The translations under genes were made by a program, and so were the position numbers. Source: Blastocladiella emersonii ATCC 22665 (Eukaryota > Fungi > Blastocladiomycota). From it: 64,000 nt of DNA. Below are positions 57,254-64,000 of this stretch, one piece after another. Under the pieces are notes generated by a model. That model did not search any database and was not told where the DNA came from. It saw only the letters and a program-made list of their open reading frames with translations. The first letter of the stretch is position 1, and each line of letters opens with the position of its first letter. The stretch is taken from assembly GCA_025594325.1 (NCBI GenBank), contig JANHCV010000009.1:992001-1056000 (forward strand), in the 5' to 3' direction.

Positions 57254-60200
57254 ATGGAGCGCGCCAAACGACCGCACTCGGTGCAACAGCAACATGATGG
57301 TGAGCAGATTGAGGCCCCGCCAGCCGCCGCTGCGCGGGCGGGGTTCAAGATCCGCCGCACGGCCAAGAAGCCGCGCACACGAGCTGCTTCTGCCGCCGCA
57401 TCGGCGCAACCCGCCCCTCCGTCTTCCACCGCACCGACAGCGACGCCGCTGCCCGACTACCTCGCGTCGCTCGTCCCCGTGTTCGCCGCCATCAACACGA
57501 CCGCCACCTTCATGGCCGCGCGCGGCGTGCACCTGACGCTCGACCAGCTCAAGTCGGCGGTCGACGGCGCGACTGGTGGACAACCGCGGCCCTTTGACGT
57601 GACCGTGCTGCGCGAGCTGCTCGCCGTCGCGCCCAACCTCGTCGCCGCCGGGTGGGCCGACGAGCTCGGCCGCGGGTCGCAAGCCGCCAAACTCGACGAT
57701 CTCGCCGCCTCGCCGCTCCGTACGGTCCAGGCGGCGCAGCAGAGCGTCACGGTCGCGCTCGTCGGTGTGCCGCTCACGAGTGAGGCGGGGCCGGCAAAGT
57801 ACGCACGATGACGCGCGCGCTGGATCGAGTGCAAGGGGAAACTCACGACTATGCTTCGTGTGGTAGAAAAAAGGTCTCGGCCGCCAACGCGCTCAAGGCC
57901 ATGACCCGTGGTATCGAGGCGCGTAACGCCGCCTTTCGCGCTGCGCTCGACGCGTTCCACGCCGCGTGTATCGCCGAGGTACGGATCCTGGGATTCGGCG
58001 CGAGACTCTACGCCGACTCACCATCGCGCTGTAGAGCAAGGACCCGGCCGAGAGCCTCGCGGAACTCGCCTCGACGACGCTGCCCGACGTACCCGCACTC
58101 GATCGGCCGCGCCCGCTCCGCCTGACCGACACAGCCGGCGCAGCCTCAACCCCCGCTGCCCGCGACGTCGAGGCCAACAGCGAGACAAGCGACTCTGCCA
58201 TCGACATCCTGACCCTCGTCACGCGCGAGCGCTTCTACTACAACCAGCTCGTCGCGACGCACACAGTCCCAGCGCGCGCCGCGCGCTTCGGCACCTTCCC
58301 GCCGCGCCTGAGCGCCGGCCTGCGCACCGCGCTCGAGCGGTACAAGGGCATCCGCGAGCTGTACGCGCACCAGGCCGACGGCATCGACCGCGTGCTCGAC
58401 GGCGCGCACGTCATCGTCACCACGTCCACGTCGTCGGGCAAGTCGCTCGTCTACACGGTGCCGATGCTGCACGCGCTCGAGCACGACCGCCGCACCCGGT
58501 GCCTGTACCTGTGTCCGACCAAGGCGCTCGCGCAGGACCAGCTGCGCGGGATGCGTAGTTTGCTCAACGCGTGTGCGGGGCATCTCGAGGGCGTCGAGGT
58601 CGCGGCGTTTGACGGCGACACGCCGCAGGCCGACCGCGCGGGGATCCGAGCGAAGTCACAGATCCTCCTGTCGAACCCGGACATGCTCCACGTCACGATC
58701 CTGCCCAACGCGCACGAGTGGGCCGCGTGGCTCGCCCGGCTCAAGTACGTCGTCGTTGACGAGGCTCACGAGTACCATGGCGTGTTTGGTTCGCACGTAC
58801 GGTTTGTTTGGGTGAGCCGCGATTCCTGCGCACGCTGACCTAAAGCCCGGTACTGGCGTAGTGCGCGTGGATCTTTCGCCGGCTCCGCCGACTCGCCGCG
58901 CACTACGGCAACACGTCGCTGCAGTTCATCGCGTGCTCGGCGACCATCGCCAACCCGGTCCGTCACAATCCCTGTTCTACACCCGACTCGGACTAACTCG
59001 AACGCTCCCGCCACAGGTCGAGCACGCCCGCGCCCTGTTCGGTCTCGAGTTCGAGCACATCGGCGACGACGCGTCGCCCGCGGGCCGCCGCCTCATGGCC
59101 ATCTGGAACCCGCCGCTCGTCACGCAGCCCACCGTTCCGCGCAGTGATCCCGACGCTCCTGCACCGCCTGCAGCACCGCGCCGCGTCCCGCGCGTCTCGT
59201 CCGTGGCCGAAACCGCGCGCCTGTTCGTGTACCTCGTCGCGCGCGGCGTACGCACCGTCGCCTTCACCAAGTACCGCCAGGCGTGCGAGCTGCTGTTCAA
59301 GGAGGTGAGCGTGCTGCTCGCGGGGGACGCGGCGCTGCTCGACCGCGTGCGCAGCTACCGCGGCGGGTACCACCCCGAGGAGCGGCGCGTGATCGAGCGC
59401 GGGCTCGCGGCCGGCGAGTTTTGGGGGGTCGTTGCGACCAACGCGCTCGAGCTCGGGATCGATATTGGCGGGCTCGATGCGGTTTTGCATCTTGGGTTTC
59501 CTGGGCACGCGGCGCTGGTACTACTTCGTGTTCAATGACGTGTTCTGCTCGGCTCAAGCTAACTCACGTTGCCACTGAGTAGAAACAACAAGCTGGCCGC
59601 GCCGGCCGCCGCGCGCGCGACAGCGTGTCGGTGCTGATCCCCGAGGCGCACCCGCTCGACCAGTTCTTCGCGCGGCACCCGGACAAGGTGTTCTCGCCCG
59701 ACACCGAGCAGCACACGGTCGTCGACCCGTCCAACGAGGGCATCGCTGCCGCGCACCTGGCGTGCGCCGCGTTCGAGCTGCCCGTTCACGCGGCCGAACC
59801 GTGCTTCGGCGGGATCGAGTACGCGGACCTCGTCCCGCGTCACCTCGTCAGACACGAAGCGCAAGACGTGTACGAGTCACCCGTCTCCTTCCCCGCGCGC
59901 ACCGTCGCGATCCGGTCGATCCAGAACGACCAGTTCACGGTCGTCGACCGCACGCGGCCCGACCGCCACACGGTGCTCGAGTACCTCGAGGCCAGCCGCG
60001 CCGCATTCGCGCTGTATATTGGCGGCATCTTCCTCAACCAGGGCACCAGCTACCTCCTCACCGACGTCAACCCCGCCACGCTCGTCGCGGGGGTCCGCGC
60101 CACGGCGGCGAATTATTACACGAGCTGCCAGTACGTTTTCCGCGTGTGCGCGTTTGGGGTGCGGGACGAGAGCTGACTCGTGGTGCGCGGTCATGTAGGG

Positions 60201-61056
60201 ACATCACCAACATCGACCCTGTGCGCGACGTGGCGGCCAAGCGGCTGGGGCCTGTCGAGGTGCGCTTCGCCGAGGTCCAGGGTACCGAATCCTCTCGCCA
60301 CACGATCACTGTTACTCGCTCGTAGCTCACCTCAACCTCGCACCATCCAGTCACGACCCAGGTCTTCGGCTACCACAAGATCGACACCTCGACGCGCCGG
60401 ATCCTCGAGACGGTCGAGCTGACGACGCCCGCCATGGTCCGCCCCACGCGCGCCATGTACATGGACGTCCCGGCCGCCGCGGTCCGCAGCATGGGCGGGC
60501 CCGACCTCGCGTACGCGGCGATCCACGCGCTCAACCACGCGCTGCTCAACCTGCTCCCCGTCGCCGCGGTCCTTGGGTCCACCAACGAGGCCGGGTGCGA
60601 GTGCCGCGGAACCGATAACCGCCGGCCGCGCCCGTTCCGCGTCCTCGTCTACGACAAGCGCACGGGTGGCGTCGGGCTCGCGCGGCGGCTGTTCGAGACG
60701 TGCGCGCCGATGCTGCGGAACGCGGTCCGGCTGGTTGGAGAGTGTTTGTGCGACGACGGGTGTCCCGAGTGTACGTTTCGGTGTGGTGGTGGTGGACGTT
60801 GGTGGAGGGCTGACGTCGTGCGTGTGTGTGGCGTGTAGGCGTGCTCTGGAAACATTGCTCGCAGCAGAACGAGCTCATCAACAAGCGGCTCGCCGTCGTG
60901 CTCGCGCGGTATCTCCTCGGTGAGTCCGAACTGCAGAGTGAGACTGAGATGCAGGGTGAGCCGAGCGACGCGGTGGCTCAGTCCGAGGCAGAAGAAGAGC
61001 CTGGGGCTGTGGGCGACGACGATGTGGCTCAAAACGAGCCGTCGCTAGATGCGTGA
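57254..61056 (+). CDS. HRQ1: Hrq1/MrfA-type DEAH-box helicase with a C-terminal DUF1998 zinc site (multi-exon)
   Basis: [55 protein letters not shown], and C-terminal [10 protein letters not shown]...C. Confidence 0.93.
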
Positions 61057-61762
61057 TGAGGATCCGCTCAGAATGTATATTGGTTAAGCCGTTTGAGCAC
61101 AAGTCTTGGAGGTCGTGACAGAGCTTTCCCGAGAGCCAGTCAGCGAGAACCACAGGTCGGTCACGGTCAATCAATGAACGAGACACGAGCAGCGGATGTC
61201 CCTGGCGCCAGCGGAGCCGCGGAGTAGTCGCCGAGGTACGGCGATCGAGACGCGTACCCAGTACCGGCAGCAGCAGCGGACGGCGTCGCCCCAGGTGTGG
61301 TGCTGGTCGCCGCGAACGCTGAGCCCGGCGTCGAGTAGTCCGAGACCAAGAGCGAGGCCACGGACGTGGGCGCGAGGTGCGGCGACGTGTACGCGGCGCC
61401 GCCGTGGTGGCGGTTCGCGTGGTGAGCGCGGCGCCGGTGCTGCGACACGGACACGATGGACGGCGGCGGCGGTTGCATCGAGGCGGCGAGACGAACACGT
61501 GTGTGGCGCAGCGCGTTGTCACAATCCAGGCTTCGCGTCAAGCGCTGACAAGGCACGCTTGAATCGTGCCGTTAAGCATCACGTCAGTGACCTTTCAGCA
61601 CTACTGCGGTCGAATTAAAACCAGAATATGGCGAATATATCACTGCAAACCGGACCTCACACACATCAGATTTACCCTCAGCTCGACACGATCATCGATC
61701 AAGAATGAATGGCCAGATCATCAAACCCAACAGCGTTCACAATACGTCGGATGTGATTGATG

Positions 61763-61786
61763 TCGAGGTATAACTCAACGCGTCTC
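61763..61786 (+). repeat. Island motif, partial copy: TCGAGGT-ATAACTCA-ACGCGTCTC
   Basis: Exact nonamer and an AT-initiated spacer. The heptamer is degenerate. It lies about 90 bp beyond the stop of the 61878 ORF. Confidence 0.5.
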
Positions 61787-61877
61787 ATTCGTGATGGCTC
61801 TCCCACGCTGCCCGCGAGCGACGAAGATTAAGGGCAAATAATTAATAAAATTTAGATACATACAACGGGCATGAAAA

Positions 61878-63955
61878 TCAAAGCTGAATGTCAGCAACCT
61901 TGGCTGCAGCGGGCGCAATCCGCGCGAATTCGTCGCGAACCGAAGTCGTATTGATTTCCTCGGTCGTATCCGCGACCAGCTTACGCACAATCTCCGCCAA
62001 AGCTTCGGGATCAGCGAGACCGTCCAGCGCGCCATCAGGAGCGAGACGCAAAACGGCCAACGGAAGGCTGCCCGCGACCACCTCTCCCCGCAGCGTGTCA
62101 AAAGCACGGCGAGGATTGGTTGTAAACAGCATGCGTGCGACAAGCCGGGCGGACGCGAGGCGATCACACGCGCAAGTCAAGGATTCTTCAACGTCCAGGG
62201 ACTTGCACAGTCGCGACCAAAGGTCGTTTACAGGAGGAAGCAGCGATTCGCAATGCTCGAGTCCGCACTTGTCCCAAAGAGCCTCGACAATGTCGCGCCA
62301 GATTTGCTGCGCAGTGAGCGGGCATGTTGGGCAAAGCGTGAGGTGAGGCTCGTCGATATTTCCGAATCTGTCCAGCGAGTCGGGAACGCCATCAGGTTTG
62401 AAGAGCGAGCGGAGGACAACCTGGAGGTAAAGGTGAGCGTTGTTTGACTGGTCGATCAAGCGCGTGAACCAGCTCTTGATGTTCACTCGCGAAAAGGCTG
62501 ACGCGAGCAGCCGAGAAATGTCGAGGGATGCAAGCCAGCTCGAGCTCTCATAATAAGACGCCGGGGAAGAGGTGAGAGCGCTGAGAAACTCGGCGGGGAT
62601 GGCAAGTGTCTCGCTGTCGAACAAAAAGGCAAAGAAACGAGCATCGACGACAAGGTCGAACTCGTCCACTTCGCGCGCCGCTGCGGCGTACAAGTAAAAG
62701 GCATCAACGAAAGCTGACAGGGTAAGCTGAATGTCCGTGTAGCTGCGCGGACCCAGGACGAGTGCAACCGGAGCACGGCTTCGCCAATGTGGGGGTTGGA
62801 ATAGGGTCTTCCACGCCCAACGCAGAACGCTATACGTGCGATATGAATTAGCCTGCATTCATGTGGTGACCCAAGTACAGGATGGGGTCACGCACCGTCA
62901 AGAAGCAACTGCTTCCACTTGTCCGAGCTGTACCGCCCGCGGAGCCGCCCAACGTATTCAAGCTCGTTTCGGGCGATAGCCGAGCCGAGAAGCGCGCTAC
63001 AGTGCTTCGTAGCAACGAGCCCCTGCGCGTGGAGAAACTCGAGGTCGTCGACAGGCAAATCAATGTCAAACCATTCAACCACATGCTCTCCGAGCTGGCG
63101 CTGCACGGGTACGTCGAATCCGTTGTCCCCCTTATCATCTCCGCCGTCAAGAGGCGTCCGATGAATCGGAAAGTCTTGGAGTTGTAGATCGAGGACGAAG
63201 GCGGACCTGATTTGGTCAGGGAAGCGACGGACAAGCTCAACAAAGACGTGTGAGCCCACGTCAACCGCCGAGTGCACGTAGAGGTTGTGCACGTTGAGAG
63301 GCATTTGCGAGCTGTGCTTGATGAGCCAAATGTAAAAGTCGGTGAACTTGCGAGGAACATAATACATTTCCGCGACGCCCTCTGCAACGCAGATGGCCAG
63401 TTTTGCCGGGTTGGGCGCTCCGTACAAGCCAGCAAGCACCGACGTGTCAACCGTGAAGCGAGAGCCTTCCATGAGCAGCTGGAATGTCGGAAGGTTCCAC
63501 GACAGCAGCGCAAGGTAGCATAGGCCGTCGATGAAACGCACAGGAGACGCGGGAAGATTGAACTCGGCGATGTCAAGGCCAAAGTCGTAGAACAGGTCAA
63601 AGAATAGCGGGACCCAGTCTGCCAGCGCGAGACGGACCTCGAGCAGCGAGGTCGATTTGATGACGATGTCGGTAAGAATTAGTTGGAGCGGATCCGTCCA
63701 GCCGGAGATGACGGCAGCAGCGACAAGTCGCACAAGCGTCGACAGCGGGCACGTCAAAATAGAGCTGTAGTTAATCGTGTGCGAGTCCTCGAGCCGCTGA
63801 CGTAGGGTCTCCGAGTTGACGTCGCTGGGTCGAATACGGCGCCGCAGAAGCTTGGCCAGGTTGACCAAGATCGCAGTCGGTGCAGGGGCTCGGACATAAA
63901 AATCATTTCTTGATCTGGCAGCCTTTTGGATCTCCGTGGAATTGAGGTCGATCAT
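61878..63955 (-). CDS. Lineage-specific helical protein(s): two adjacent ORFs (355 and 326 aa), possibly one spliced gene
   Basis: Two long, non-low-complexity ORFs separated by 29 bp, with island-type codon usage. No family was recognised. Confidence 0.55.
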
Positions 63956-64000
63956 GAAAAGGCGCGCGAGGGCATCGCGAGGACGCCTCGGAAACGTGCT

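Noticed and set aside
61167-61556. Ala/Ser/Pro-rich minus-strand ORF after HRQ1
   Set aside because: It is short and low-complexity with a non-ATG annotated start. There is not enough evidence for a gene.

Overview
Eukaryotic, intron-containing, very GC-rich genomic DNA. The gene content and short GT..AG introns suggest an early-diverging fungus, possibly Blastocladiomycota (inference). A backbone of conserved genes is present: FGGY kinase (partial), ITFG1/LINKIN, STT3, a LIM protein, SNF7, MOB2, DNMT2, cytoplasmic dynein heavy chain, a HAD phosphatase, mitochondrial bL21, a focadhesin-like protein, NUFIP1/Rsa1, VMA22 and HRQ1. It is interrupted by visibly lower-GC accessory islands at about 9.8-17.7, 35.8-40.5, 48.9-55.6 and 61.1-64 kb. 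Four results stand out. (1) A 586-aa 2'-5'-oligoadenylate-synthetase (OAS)-like nucleotidyltransferase at 14253-16087 has intact catalytic motifs and an unknown C-terminal domain. (2) A fixed-spacing 24-bp DNA motif, TCACRTG-N8-ACGCGTCTC, recurs about 12 times, only in the islands, and in inverted pairs brackets two BTB genes. (3) A five-member orphan protein family shares an ungapped 44-aa signature (clear in four members). (4) A dispersed MATH-like/BTB family and a young MITE with 50-bp TIRs are present. No rRNA, tRNA or CRISPR array was seen. All calls are by eye from motifs, with no database search, and exon boundaries are approximate.
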